NCBI GenBank assembly: GCA_041492755.1
Contig: JBGPXN010000001.1
Coordinates: 37,261-101,260, forward strand
Direction: 5' to 3'
Source of the DNA: Candidatus Methylomirabilia bacterium
Lineage (GTDB): Bacteria; Methylomirabilota; Methylomirabilia; Rokubacteriales; CSP1-6
DNA: 64,000 nt
Shown here in pieces: positions 40,994 through 49,753 of the stretch. The notes under the pieces were generated by a model, which made no database searches, had not been told where the DNA came from, and was given only the letters and a program-made list of their open reading frames with translations. Within the stretch, counting starts at the first letter, position 1. Every line of letters begins with the position of its first letter. The position numbers and the translations under genes are program-made.

Positions 40994-41347
40994 GTGCCCG
41001 AGTCGCCCGTCGTCGTCGTGATTGGCTGCGATCCGCGCGACAGCCACCGCGCCAACGAAGCCATGCGCATCGGGCTCGGGATCGTGGCCGGCGAGAACGA
41101 GGTCGTGTACGTGCTGCAGGGCGCGGCCACCCACCTGCTCGATGCCGACACCGACGACCTCGTGGACGGCGACGACATCGCGAAGTTCCGGGCTAACCTG
41201 CGCGATCTCGGCATCCCGTTCCACGTCGAGGACGCGGCCGTGCCCGACGATCCGGACTGGAACGCCGACGGCCACCCGGTCATCCGGGTGAGCCGCGAGC
41301 GCGCCGCCGAGCTCGTGGCCAGCGCGCGCCGAGTGCTGGTTTTCTGA
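40994..41347 (+). CDS. DsrF/TusC-like sulfur relay protein
   Basis: 117 aa DsrE/F-fold protein (VVVVIGCDPRD...VVYVLQGAATHLL). Confidence 0.5.
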   Translation: MPESPVVVVIGCDPRDSHRANEAMRIGLGIVAGENEVVYVLQGAATHLLDADTDDLVDGDDIAKFRANLRDLGIPFHVEDAAVPDDPDWNADGHPVIRVSRERAAELVASARRVLVF

Positions 41348-41574
41348 TGGCGAGCGCGCTCCACTTGCTCAAGGGCGCGGCCGGCGCCGAGCTCGCGGTC
41401 ACCGTCATCGCGCGACAGGTAGCGGCCGGCGATCGCGTCACCGTCGCGCTGCTGGAGGGCGCCCAGCGTCCCGAGCTGCCCGCGGGCGTCGCGGTCCACC
41501 GCGTGCCCGAGGATCTGGCATATCCACGGCTGCTGGAGCTGATCTTCGCGAGCGACCACGTCGTGACCTGGTAG
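41347..41574 (+). CDS. DsrH/TusB-like sulfur relay protein
   Basis: 75 aa, C-terminus ...LAYPRLLELIFASDHVVTW resembles the TusB/DsrH C-terminus. Start overlaps the upstream stop (ATGA). Confidence 0.5.
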   Translation: MASALHLLKGAAGAELAVTVIARQVAAGDRVTVALLEGAQRPELPAGVAVHRVPEDLAYPRLLELIFASDHVVTW

Positions 41575-41597
41575 CCGACCTGGGAGTGTCGCCCGCG

Positions 41598-41800
41598 TCA
41601 CCGGTTCCGGTACTCGTCCAGCCACGCCATCTGGATCGCCTCCAGCAGCTTCTCGTTGGAGACCTTCGGATCGTCCTTGAACTCCGGCAGCTCGGTGACG
41701 AACCGATGGAGGTCGGTGAAGCGCACGGTCAGCGGATCGGTGTCGGGATGGCGCTCGGAGAGCGCGATGCCGATATCCTCCGCGTCGCGCCACGTCATCA
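41598..41800 (-). CDS. iscX: Fe-S assembly protein IscX
   Basis: MTWRDAEDIGIALSERHPDTDPLTVRFTDLHRFVTELPEFKDDPKVSNEKLLEAIQMAWLDEYRNR. Shown in the track only as the tail of a longer alternate-start ORF. Confidence 0.7.
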
Positions 41801-42124
41801 CCTGGGAATCTCGACGACCACGTCGCCCCGGACCACGGCCTGGCAACCGAGGCGCGAGTGGATGGTGAGCCCTTCGGCCATGTCCAGCCGATCCTCCTCG
41901 TCGGGCTGCATCTCGGACAGGTTCTCCTCCCCCTCGCGCACCACCACGTGACACGTCGTGCAGGCGCAGGAGCCACCGCAGTTGTGCTCGAGGTGGATGT
42001 CGTTGGCGAGCGCGATGTCGAGCAGCGAGCCCGGCTGTCCGTGGTCGGCCAGCGGGTACTTCGAGTCGTCGACTTCCACCGTCTTGTTCAGCGGCAGGAA
42101 CGTCACCTTGTGGACTGCCATCAT
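41798..42124 (-). CDS. fdx: ISC-type [2Fe-2S] ferredoxin
   Basis: CGGSCACTTCHV...LGCQ adrenodoxin-like motif. Confidence 0.85.
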   Translation of the reverse strand: MMAVHKVTFLPLNKTVEVDDSKYPLADHGQPGSLLDIALANDIHLEHNCGGSCACTTCHVVVREGEENLSEMQPDEEDRLDMAEGLTIHSRLGCQAVVRGDVVVEIPR

Positions 42125-43995
42125 CCTGACTCCATGATCTCGTCCGCACGCTTGCTGGCGAGCGCGCCGCGCAGGGCGGCGTCCATCATCCGTTCGGCCA
42201 GCGGCTCGGTCGCGCGGTTCAATTCCGTCGTCCGGTCCCGAATGGCGTCCCGGTCGGTGCCCGCGCGCGCGGCCGTCAGCGCGGCCGCCGCGGCTTCCAC
42301 GCGGGCCCGCTCCTTCGGGCTCACCAGATCACCGGCCTGACGCAGGGCCCGGCCGACGTGGGTGAGCACGGTCTCGGCCTCGTTGCGCACCTCGATGAGC
42401 ATCCGGGCTTCGACGTCGGCCTCCGCGTACTGGAACGACTCCTCCACCATCCGCTCCACGTCGCCTTCGCTGAGGCCATAGGTCGGCTTCACCTCGATGG
42501 AGGCGGCCTTACCCGTCCGCAGCTCCTTGGCGTGGACCTGCAGGATGCCGTTGGCGTCGATCAGGAACGTCACCTCGATCTTCGGCATGCCGGCCGGCAT
42601 CGGATCGATCCCGCGCAGCTCGAAGCGGGCCAGCGAGCGGTTGTCCTTGGCCAGCTCGCGCTCGCCCTGCAGCACGTGCATGTCGACCACCGTCTGCCCG
42701 TCCACCGACGTCGTGAACATCTCGCGGGCGCTGGTTGGGATCGTGGTGTTGCGCGGGATCAGCACGCTGACGATGCCCCCGAGCGTCTCGATTCCGAGCG
42801 AGAGCGGTGTCACGTCGAGCAGGAGCATGTCGGTGATGCCGCCGGCCAGGATCTGGGCCTGCACGGCCGCCCCCAGGGCAACGACCTCGTCGGGATTGAG
42901 CTGGCTGTGCGGCGTCTTGCCGAAGAGCTCTTCCACCCGACGGCGGACGAGCGGCACCCGTGTGGAGCCGCCCACCAGCACGACCTCGTCGATCTGGGCG
43001 GTGACGAGCCCGGCGTCGGCGAGCGCCATGCGGCAGGGGCCGAGCGTCTTCCGCACCAGCGACTCCAGGAGACGCTCGAGATCGGCCCGCGTGATCTCCC
43101 GCACGTACGTGAAGTCCTCGAACGGAATCGTGAGGGTCGTGCGCGACTCGGCGCTCAGGCGGATCTTCGCCGCTTCGGCGGCCAGACGAAGCTCCTGGAT
43201 GGCTTCGCTGTCGCGCGCGAGGTCCACCGGGCGGCAGGCCAACTCGGCATGGTGGCGGGCCTGGATGTCTTCCAACAACCAGAGCGCGATGACGCGGTCG
43301 AAGTCGTCGCCGCCGAGGTGGGTATCACCGTTGGTGGCGAGCACTTCGAAAATCCCGTCCTTGATCCGGAGGATCGAGATGTCGAACGTCCCGCCCCCCA
43401 GATCGTAGACGGCCACGAGCCCTTCCTGGCGCCGGTGCAGGCCGTAGGCAAGTGACGCCGCGGTCGGCTCGTTCACGATCCGGACGACGTCGAGCCCCGC
43501 GATGCGGCCGGCATCGCGCGTGGCCTGGCGCTGGCTATCGTTGAAGTAGGCCGGCACCGTGACGACGGCCTGCTCCACCGGTTCGCCGAAGTGCGCCTCG
43601 GCCCGCTCCTTGAGCGCGCGGAGCACGATCGCCGACACTTCGGGCGGCGTGACCTGCCGGTCCCCGACGTCGATCCGCACCGTGCCCTCGGCCGGAGCCA
43701 CCGTGAAGGGCAAATACCGCAGCTCGTCCTTGACGTCCTCGTAGCCACGTCCCATCAGGCGCTTGACCGAATAGACCGTCGCGCGCGGGCGGCGCACAAG
43801 CTGGCGCCGCGCCGCCTCGCCAACCAGGACGCCGTCCGGGGTGAAGGCGACCACGGACGGGAGCAGCACACGGCCGTCGGCGCCAGCGATGACGCGGGCC
43901 AGGCCGGTCGCTTGATCGAAGTAGGCGACCAGGCTGTTGGTCGTACCGAGGTCAATGCCGATGATGCGTGCCATGTCCGATCGTGTCCGCATCAC
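42121..43995 (-). CDS. hscA: Fe-S protein assembly chaperone HscA (Hsp70 family)
   Basis: [16 protein letters not shown] ... DLGGGTFD ... The start may be the internal MARIIG (43974). Confidence 0.9.
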   Translation of the reverse strand: MMRTRSDMARIIGIDLGTTNSLVAYFDQATGLARVIAGADGRVLLPSVVAFTPDGVLVGEAARRQLVRRPRATVYSVKRLMGRGYEDVKDELRYLPFTVAPAEGTVRIDVGDRQVTPPEVSAIVLRALKERAEAHFGEPVEQAVVTVPAYFNDSQRQATRDAGRIAGLDVVRIVNEPTAASLAYGLHRRQEGLVAVYDLGGGTFDISILRIKDGIFEVLATNGDTHLGGDDFDRVIALWLLEDIQARHHAELACRPVDLARDSEAIQELRLAAEAAKIRLSAESRTTLTIPFEDFTYVREITRADLERLLESLVRKTLGPCRMALADAGLVTAQIDEVVLVGGSTRVPLVRRRVEELFGKTPHSQLNPDEVVALGAAVQAQILAGGITDMLLLDVTPLSLGIETLGGIVSVLIPRNTTIPTSAREMFTTSVDGQTVVDMHVLQGERELAKDNRSLARFELRGIDPMPAGMPKIEVTFLIDANGILQVHAKELRTGKAASIEVKPTYGLSEGDVERMVEESFQYAEADVEARMLIEVRNEAETVLTHVGRALRQAGDLVSPKERARVEAAAAALTAARAGTDRDAIRDRTTELNRATEPLAERMMDAALRGALASKRADEIMESG

Positions 43996-44545
43996 CGAGT
44001 GCCTCCGTGAGGTCCTCGATGACGGTTCGCAGATAGGCCCGCATGGCCAGCCCGCGCTTCAGCGCGCCCAGGACATCCGCGCGATCGGCAGGCGGCGCCG
44101 CGTCCCACGCCTCGCTCAGCGGTCCGGCCAGGCGCCGCTCTTCCTGCCGAAAGCGATCGAGCAGGCGCTCGCGCTGGCCGGCGAGGTCGGCGCGCGCGCC
44201 GTCGTCGAGGCCACCCGCCTTGGCGTCCGCGAGCGCTTCCTGGATCTCGAACATCTCGGCCAGCAGCTCGGGCGGCGCGGGCGGACGCGCAGCCGCGCCC
44301 TCGCGGGTCTCGCGTCCCTCTTCGAGACGGACGAGGTAGTCGGCGCGCGCGACGGGATCACGCAGCGTCCGGTAGGCGGCGTTCAGCCGGGCGGACGCCT
44401 CCAGCGCCTCGGCCTGCGCGTCCACCGACGCGCCGTGATGGAAGTCCGGGTGGTGCCGGCGCGACCGCTCGTAGAACTGTCCCCGCAGCGCCTCGGTATC
44501 GATCCGCAGGTGCCGTGGCAGCCCGAACACTTCGAAATGATCCAT
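43952..44545 (-). CDS. hscB: Co-chaperone HscB (J-domain)
   Basis: MDHFEVFGLPRHLRIDTEALRGQFYERSRRHHPD (HPD motif). Confidence 0.8.
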   Translation of the reverse strand: MDHFEVFGLPRHLRIDTEALRGQFYERSRRHHPDFHHGASVDAQAEALEASARLNAAYRTLRDPVARADYLVRLEEGRETREGAAARPPAPPELLAEMFEIQEALADAKAGGLDDGARADLAGQRERLLDRFRQEERRLAGPLSEAWDAAPPADRADVLGALKRGLAMRAYLRTVIEDLTEALGDADTIGHGTHHRH

Positions 44546-44559
44546 GCCTCTCCTGTTCC

Positions 44560-44587
44560 CCCAAAATGCGAACGGGCCCTCCGTCGG
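44560..44587 (-). promoter_or_regulatory. Intercistronic stem-loop between iscA and hscB (possible attenuator or processing site)
   Basis: mRNA GAACGGGCCC-GACGGA-GGGCCCGUUC followed by GCAUUUUGGGGG, then SD AGGAGAGG and the hscB AUG. Confidence 0.4.
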
Positions 44588-44617
44588 GCCCGTTCTCGCT
44601 CGCGCGCTGGAACCCGG

Positions 44618-44947
44618 CTACGCCGAGAAGGACGTGCCACAGCCGCAGGAGCTTTTCGCCTGCGGATTGACGAAGGTGAACCCTCCGGTCAGCCCCTGCT
44701 GCACGTAGTCGAGGGTGGTGCCGGCGAGGTAGAGGTAGCTCTTCTTGTCGATGACCACCTTCACCCCGTCGATCTCGAACTCCTTGTCGTGCGGCCCCAT
44801 CTCGGTGTCGAACTCCAGCGAGTACGACATCCCCGAGCAGCCGCCGCCCTTGACCCCCATGCGAAGGAACACGTTGTCGCCCAGGTTCTGGGCGCTCTTG
44901 AGCTCCTTCACCTGCTTGCTCGCCGCTTCGGACAGTGTCAACGCCAT
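44618..44947 (-). CDS. iscA: Fe-S cluster insertion protein IscA (HesB family)
   Basis: ...GGGCSGMSY... C-terminal CGCGTSF. Confidence 0.85.
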   Translation of the reverse strand: MALTLSEAASKQVKELKSAQNLGDNVFLRMGVKGGGCSGMSYSLEFDTEMGPHDKEFEIDGVKVVIDKKSYLYLAGTTLDYVQQGLTGGFTFVNPQAKSSCGCGTSFSA

Positions 44948-44974
44948 GGACCCGGTCTCCTCCTTTGCGCTCGC

Positions 44975-45376
44975 TTACTTCGTGCCGGCCGCCACGCCGC
45001 TCCGGTCCTTGTAGTCGGCGAGGGCCGCCTTGATGGCATCCTCGGCCAGCACCGAGCAGTGGATCTTCACCGGCGGCAGCTTCAGCTCGTTCACGATGTC
45101 CGTGTTCTTGATCTTGGCCGCGTCGTCGACGGTCTTGCCCTTGAGCCACTCGGTGGCGAGGCTGGACGACGCGATGGCGCTCCCGCAGCCGAACGTCTTG
45201 AATTTGGCGTCCTCGATGACGCCGGTCTCGACGTTGACCTTGATCTGGAGCTTCATGACGTCGCCGCACTCCGGCGCGCCCACCAGCCCCGTGCCCACAC
45301 CGGGGGCGTCCTTCGGGAACGACCCCACGTTGCGCGGGTTGTTGTAGTGATCGACGACCTTATCGCTGTACGCCAT
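44975..45376 (-). CDS. iscU: Fe-S cluster assembly scaffold IscU
   Basis: GAPECGDVMKLQIKV ... FGCGSAIASSS ... LPPVKIHCSVLAEDAIKAA. Confidence 0.9.
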   Translation of the reverse strand: MAYSDKVVDHYNNPRNVGSFPKDAPGVGTGLVGAPECGDVMKLQIKVNVETGVIEDAKFKTFGCGSAIASSSLATEWLKGKTVDDAAKIKNTDIVNELKLPPVKIHCSVLAEDAIKAALADYKDRSGVAAGTK

Positions 45377-45387
45377 CGAAGCCCCCC

Positions 45388-46614
45388 TTACTCACCCTTC
45401 CACTGGATGGACTTGATATCCACGCCTTCTTTGGCCAGCTCGTAGAGCGGCGACATGTCGCGCAGCCGCTCGATCACCTCGACGGTGCGCTTGCCGACGA
45501 ACTCGACCTCTTCCTCCGTGTTGAAGCGGTGCAGGCTGAACCGGATCGACGAGTGCGCCAGCTCCGTGCTCGCCCCCAGCGCCGCGATCACGTACGAGGG
45601 CTCGAGCGTGGACGACGTGCAGGCCGAGCCGGAGCTCAGCGCCGCCTCCTTGTTGAGCCCCATCAGGACCGACTCGCCCTCCACGTAGGCGAACGAGATG
45701 TTCAGGTTCTGCGGCAGCCGGCGCTCCGGATGTCCATTGAGGAACGCCTCCTCGACCTGCGACAGAATCAAACCTTGAAGACGATCGCGCAGCTTGCTGA
45801 GCCGCGCCGCCTCTTCGACCATCGTCTCCTGGCAGATCTCAGCCGCCCGACCAAAGCCCACCACCAGCGGCACCGGCAGCGTGCCCGACCGCATCCCGCG
45901 CTCGTGGCCCCCGCCGTCGATCATCGGCGCCAGCCGCACCCGCGGCCCCTTGCGTCGCACGTAGAGCGCGCCGACGCCCTTGGGCCCATACATGAGATGC
46001 GCGGTACAGGTCAGGAGATCGATGCCCATGGCCTCCACGTCGATCGGGATCTTGCCCGCGGCCTGGGTGGCGTCGGCGTGGAAAATGACGCCCTTCTCCT
46101 TCGCGAGCTTCCCGATGGCGGCGACGTCCTGGATCGTCCCGATCTCGTTGTTGGCGAACATGATGGAAACCAGGATGGTCTTCGGCGTCAGCGCCTTGGC
46201 GATCTCGTCGACGTCCACCAGCCCGTCGGGGCGAACCGGAACGTAGGTCACCTCGACGCCCTGGCGCTCGAGTCGCTTGCAGGTATCCAGCGTCGCGCGC
46301 TGCTCGATCGCGGTGGTGACGATGTGGTTGCCCTTCTCGCGGTACATCTCGGCCACGCCCTTGAGCGCCAGATTGATCGACTCCGTCCCGCCCGAGGTGA
46401 AGATGACCTCTTTGGGATCGCGAGCACCGATCAGCTTGGCGATCTTCGCGCGCGCGGCATCCACCGCGCCCTCCGCCTCCCACCCGAACGGGTGGTTGCG
46501 GCTGGCCGGGTGGCCAAACTTCTCGGTGAAGTAGGGCAGCATCGCCTCCAGCACCCGCGGGTCGACCGGCGTCGTCGACTGGGCGTCCATGAAGATCGGA
46601 AACTTCACGGCCAT
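45388..46614 (-). CDS. iscS: Cysteine desulfurase IscS
   Basis: IFMDAQSTTPVDPRVLEAM ... TSGGTESINL ... SSGSACTSSTLEPSYV. Confidence 0.9.
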   Translation of the reverse strand: MAVKFPIFMDAQSTTPVDPRVLEAMLPYFTEKFGHPASRNHPFGWEAEGAVDAARAKIAKLIGARDPKEVIFTSGGTESINLALKGVAEMYREKGNHIVTTAIEQRATLDTCKRLERQGVEVTYVPVRPDGLVDVDEIAKALTPKTILVSIMFANNEIGTIQDVAAIGKLAKEKGVIFHADATQAAGKIPIDVEAMGIDLLTCTAHLMYGPKGVGALYVRRKGPRVRLAPMIDGGGHERGMRSGTLPVPLVVGFGRAAEICQETMVEEAARLSKLRDRLQGLILSQVEEAFLNGHPERRLPQNLNISFAYVEGESVLMGLNKEAALSSGSACTSSTLEPSYVIAALGASTELAHSSIRFSLHRFNTEEEVEFVGKRTVEVIERLRDMSPLYELAKEGVDIKSIQWKGE

Positions 46615-46627
46615 CGGGTCCGTCTCC

Positions 46628-47062
46628 TTACCGTCGAATCGCCATCAGGTCGGGCACGTCGTCGCCGACCAGCTCGGCCAAGCTCATGCTGTCCAGCATC
46701 TGCGTGATCGCCACTTGTAGTTTCTGCACGGGGCGCCGCAGGTTGCACCGCGCCATCTGCGGACACTCGCTCTCACTCTCCATGCACTCGACGATGTTGA
46801 TCGGCCCCTCGAGTGCCCGCACCACCTGCCCCACCGTGATGTCTGCCGGATGCCGGGCGAGCGTGTATCCCCCTTTCGGCCCGTTCTGACTCACGATGAG
46901 TCGCTGCTTGGCCAACCGCTGGAGGATCTTGGCGAGGAGCTCCGAAGGAATCCCGAAGGTCTCGGCGATCCGCTTCACGCTGACAGACCCGTCCTCTTCG
47001 TGGACGGCGATGAAATGAATCGCCATCAGCCCGTAATCCGCCCGTTTCGTGAACCTCAGCAC
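46628..47062 (-). CDS. iscR: Rrf2-family transcriptional regulator IscR
   Basis: GTG-initiated MLRFTKRADYGLMAIHFIA..., cluster-ligand region CMESESECPQMARC. Confidence 0.85.
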   Translation of the reverse strand: MLRFTKRADYGLMAIHFIAVHEEDGSVSVKRIAETFGIPSELLAKILQRLAKQRLIVSQNGPKGGYTLARHPADITVGQVVRALEGPINIVECMESESECPQMARCNLRRPVQKLQVAITQMLDSMSLAELVGDDVPDLMAIRR

Positions 47063-47118
47063 CCCGTCCCGTCCTCCGCCCGATCCATCACCGATCAGTA
47101 TATCCGACCGTCTTGATC

Positions 47119-47133
47119 GGCGACTAATTCAGT
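47119..47133. promoter_or_regulatory. Predicted IscR type-1 operator upstream of iscR
   Basis: cGACTAATTCAGTCg matches the IscR type-1 core GACT-RWWWY-AGTC, 57-71 bp upstream of the iscR start. It overlaps a putative -35 for a minus-strand TATACT -10 (47098-47103). Confidence 0.5.
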
Positions 47134-47264
47134 CGGAGTCTGCCACCAGGAACACCGCATGTCAAGATCGCGAATTGCCAAGCCAATGTAGGCGAAGAGG
47201 GACCAAGGGCGGACGAACCGAATCGAGACGTCGCCCGAGCAGGACCATCGGAAGGGCGGCAGCC

Positions 47265-47385
47265 ACTCCGGGGAAACCGGGGCCCCGGAGTCAGAGGGTG
47301 TGAGGGAATTCGAGGGTGTGAGAAGAATTCGAGGAGCGCCACGGCTCCGCCGGGGCGCTCCGAGCGCAGGGGGGGTAGGGGGTAC
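47265..47385. repeat. REP-like composite element, copy E (degenerate G-rich part)
   Basis: ccggggaaaccgggg hairpin; direct repeat gagggtgtgagggaattc/gagggtgtgagaagaattc; gaggagcgccacggctccgccggggcgctccgagcgcag; gggggggtagggggtac. Located after the galT-like stop. Confidence 0.7.
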
Positions 47386-48369
47386 TCACTCGAGCCAGGC
47401 GTTACGAAGCTCGGCGGCCGTCTCCTCGGGGGCCTTTTCGTTCACGTAGATGCCGCCCACACGGTTGAATCGGTCGGAATGAGACACGATCTCGATGTGC
47501 CAGTGGTAGTCGTCCCGAATGGTCGCCCAGTCGCCCTGAAGAATCCGTGACCGGAGGTTCGGCGCGGTGTGCAGCACCATCTCGTAGGGCGGGTCGTCGA
47601 GGCGCTCCAGCGTCCGGAAGGACTGCGACAGCAGCCGCGCCAGATCGGGCGCCGTCTCCGACGTCAACGCTTCCTCGAACGAGCATCCGTGCCGGCGCGG
47701 AAGCACCCAGACCTCGAGCGGGCCGCGCGCCGCGTACGGTACGACCGCCGCGAACGATTGGGTCAGGCGCACGATGCGGTCCTCGGCCGCAATCTCCTGG
47801 CGCAGCATGTCGCAGTAGAGGCAGCGCCGCTTGTACTGATAGTATTCGCGGGCTTCCCGCAGTTCCCGCCGTGTGTCATCGAACACGATCGGAATCGCCG
47901 TGACCCGCGAGTACGGATGGTGTGCGGCAACCCCGGGCTTCTTGTGGTGCCGGGAGATCAGGATGTCGCGGATCTGGTTGTCGCGCTTGAGGTCCAACAG
48001 CCGGTCCCGGTACATCCAGAACACGGACTCGAGTTGATCGCAATGCATCGAGGCCATGGTGTCTTCGTGGCGGGTAGACTCGACGATCAGCTCGCTGGCG
48101 CCCCGCGGCGTGATCGTGTCGAACATGCCCACCCCCTCGCGGACGACTTCCCACTCGATGCGGAAGTAGGGATCGGCCTCGGCAACCACGCGTACGGTCC
48201 AGCCGGGCGCGTTGGGCGACGAGCCTTCCTTCCGATACGCAGCGATCTCGGGCCCGGTCGCGTTCTCCGCGCCGGGGCAGAAGGGACACTCGACTTCAGC
48301 GCTGGAGGCGGCCTTCGGCCGAACAAGGACCCAGCGCCCCCGGGTAGGGTCTTTCCTCAACTCGTTCAC
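47386..48369 (-). CDS. Galactose-1-phosphate uridylyltransferase (GalT/HIT-like) family protein
   Basis: VNELRKDPTRGRWVLV (GalT-like N-terminus), ECPFCPG zinc knuckle, HWHIEI. GTG start at 48369; the track N-extension is not coding. Confidence 0.6.
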   Translation of the reverse strand: MNELRKDPTRGRWVLVRPKAASSAEVECPFCPGAENATGPEIAAYRKEGSSPNAPGWTVRVVAEADPYFRIEWEVVREGVGMFDTITPRGASELIVESTRHEDTMASMHCDQLESVFWMYRDRLLDLKRDNQIRDILISRHHKKPGVAAHHPYSRVTAIPIVFDDTRRELREAREYYQYKRRCLYCDMLRQEIAAEDRIVRLTQSFAAVVPYAARGPLEVWVLPRRHGCSFEEALTSETAPDLARLLSQSFRTLERLDDPPYEMVLHTAPNLRSRILQGDWATIRDDYHWHIEIVSHSDRFNRVGGIYVNEKAPEETAAELRNAWLE

Positions 48370-48406
48370 ACGGTTCTCCCAGTGGGGCGGACGAAGTGCG
48401 GGAGAT

Positions 48407-49753
48407 CTACTCCTTGATCTGGCCCTTGAGCTTGCGGAGATGCTGGCGGGCAACGTCCACCCAGTCCTTCTCGGACGGCAGTCCCGAGGCTAGCGCGATG
48501 TACTTTTCCCACTGCGCGATGGCCTCCCGCGGATCCACCTTTTCGTACACGACGGCCAGGTTGTACATGGCGCCGGTGTGCTTCCCGTCGAGATCGATGA
48601 CTTTGCGATACTCCTCGATTGCCTCTTTGTAGAGGCCCTTGTCCTCGTAGACATCGCCCAGGCCCATCCGGGCCTCGACCGAACGAGGGTCGAAGTCGAT
48701 CGCCTTCCGGTAGGCGTTGACCGACTCGTAGTAGAGGCCCTTCTCGGCGTAGTAGATCTTCCCGAGACTCAGGTACACGCGCGAATTCACCGGGTCGAAG
48801 GTGAGCGCCTTCTGGTAGCCCGTGATGGCACCGTCCACGTCGCCCTTCGCGGCTCGGGCGTCTCCAAGCCCTACGTGCGCGTCGGCGTAGAACGGCCGCA
48901 GATCGATCGCCTTGGCGTAGGCCTCCACCGCCTGGTCGAAGAGGCGGCGGGGCGCGGACAGGAACAGGTCACCGAGCGCCTTGTAGGGCTCCGGGTATGC
49001 GGGGTCGAGCTGCGTGGAGGCACGGAACTGGGCGGCGGCCTTCCAGCGATTGCCAAGACTGAGGTGCACCGTGCCGAGCATGTACTGGGCGACAGCGAAG
49101 CTCGGATCCGTCTCGATCGCCCGGGACAACAGATCGGCCGCAGACTCGTTGCTTTCCTGCCCGCCGCGCCGGAGGGTCGCCTGGCTCCGCGCGTAGAGCT
49201 CGAGCGCCTTCAACGAGCGCGTCGGCCGGGCGGCCTTGTCCATGCGGTTCGCTTCCGCATCCGTCGGTGTCACCTTGAGCGTGCGCGCGTACGCGAGCGG
49301 CAGTGCCGCCATGCGGTTCAACAGCTCGCCATCGGGAACCGACACGGGCTCGAGGTTGACGACGTCCGTTCCATTGGCTTTCACATCGAGCAGCCGCGGC
49401 CGGAGCACCAGCTCCCCACCTGCGCGGACGACCTGGCCGAAGGCCGCGTTGTCGACCTTCAAGGCGCGCGCGGCCTGGGTCACCGGGGCCTCGCCCCATG
49501 CCGAATGCTCGCCGAGCGCCCGCGAACGGGCGGGGTCGAGCTCGATGAAGGCGGGATGCTGGGCCAACCCGAGACGGACGATCTGCGCCACGCCCTCGCC
49601 GATCCACTGCTCGTCGGGCGGCAGCGTGGACGCGTCGAACGGCAGCACCAACACGATCCGGGGCTTGACCGCGGCCGCGGCTGACCCCGCCGCAATCAGG
49701 ACGAACACGGCGGCCAACAGTCGCGCGACGTTCCGCCCCGTCTTACCGTTCAT
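48407..49753 (-). CDS. TPR-repeat protein with signal peptide (BatC/BatE-like partner of the vWA protein)
   Basis: MNGKTGRNVARLLAAVFVLIAAGSAAAA signal, then multiple TPR motifs (AYAKAIDLRPFYADAHVGLGD...). Confidence 0.7.
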   Translation of the reverse strand: MNGKTGRNVARLLAAVFVLIAAGSAAAAVKPRIVLVLPFDASTLPPDEQWIGEGVAQIVRLGLAQHPAFIELDPARSRALGEHSAWGEAPVTQAARALKVDNAAFGQVVRAGGELVLRPRLLDVKANGTDVVNLEPVSVPDGELLNRMAALPLAYARTLKVTPTDAEANRMDKAARPTRSLKALELYARSQATLRRGGQESNESAADLLSRAIETDPSFAVAQYMLGTVHLSLGNRWKAAAQFRASTQLDPAYPEPYKALGDLFLSAPRRLFDQAVEAYAKAIDLRPFYADAHVGLGDARAAKGDVDGAITGYQKALTFDPVNSRVYLSLGKIYYAEKGLYYESVNAYRKAIDFDPRSVEARMGLGDVYEDKGLYKEAIEEYRKVIDLDGKHTGAMYNLAVVYEKVDPREAIAQWEKYIALASGLPSEKDWVDVARQHLRKLKGQIKE

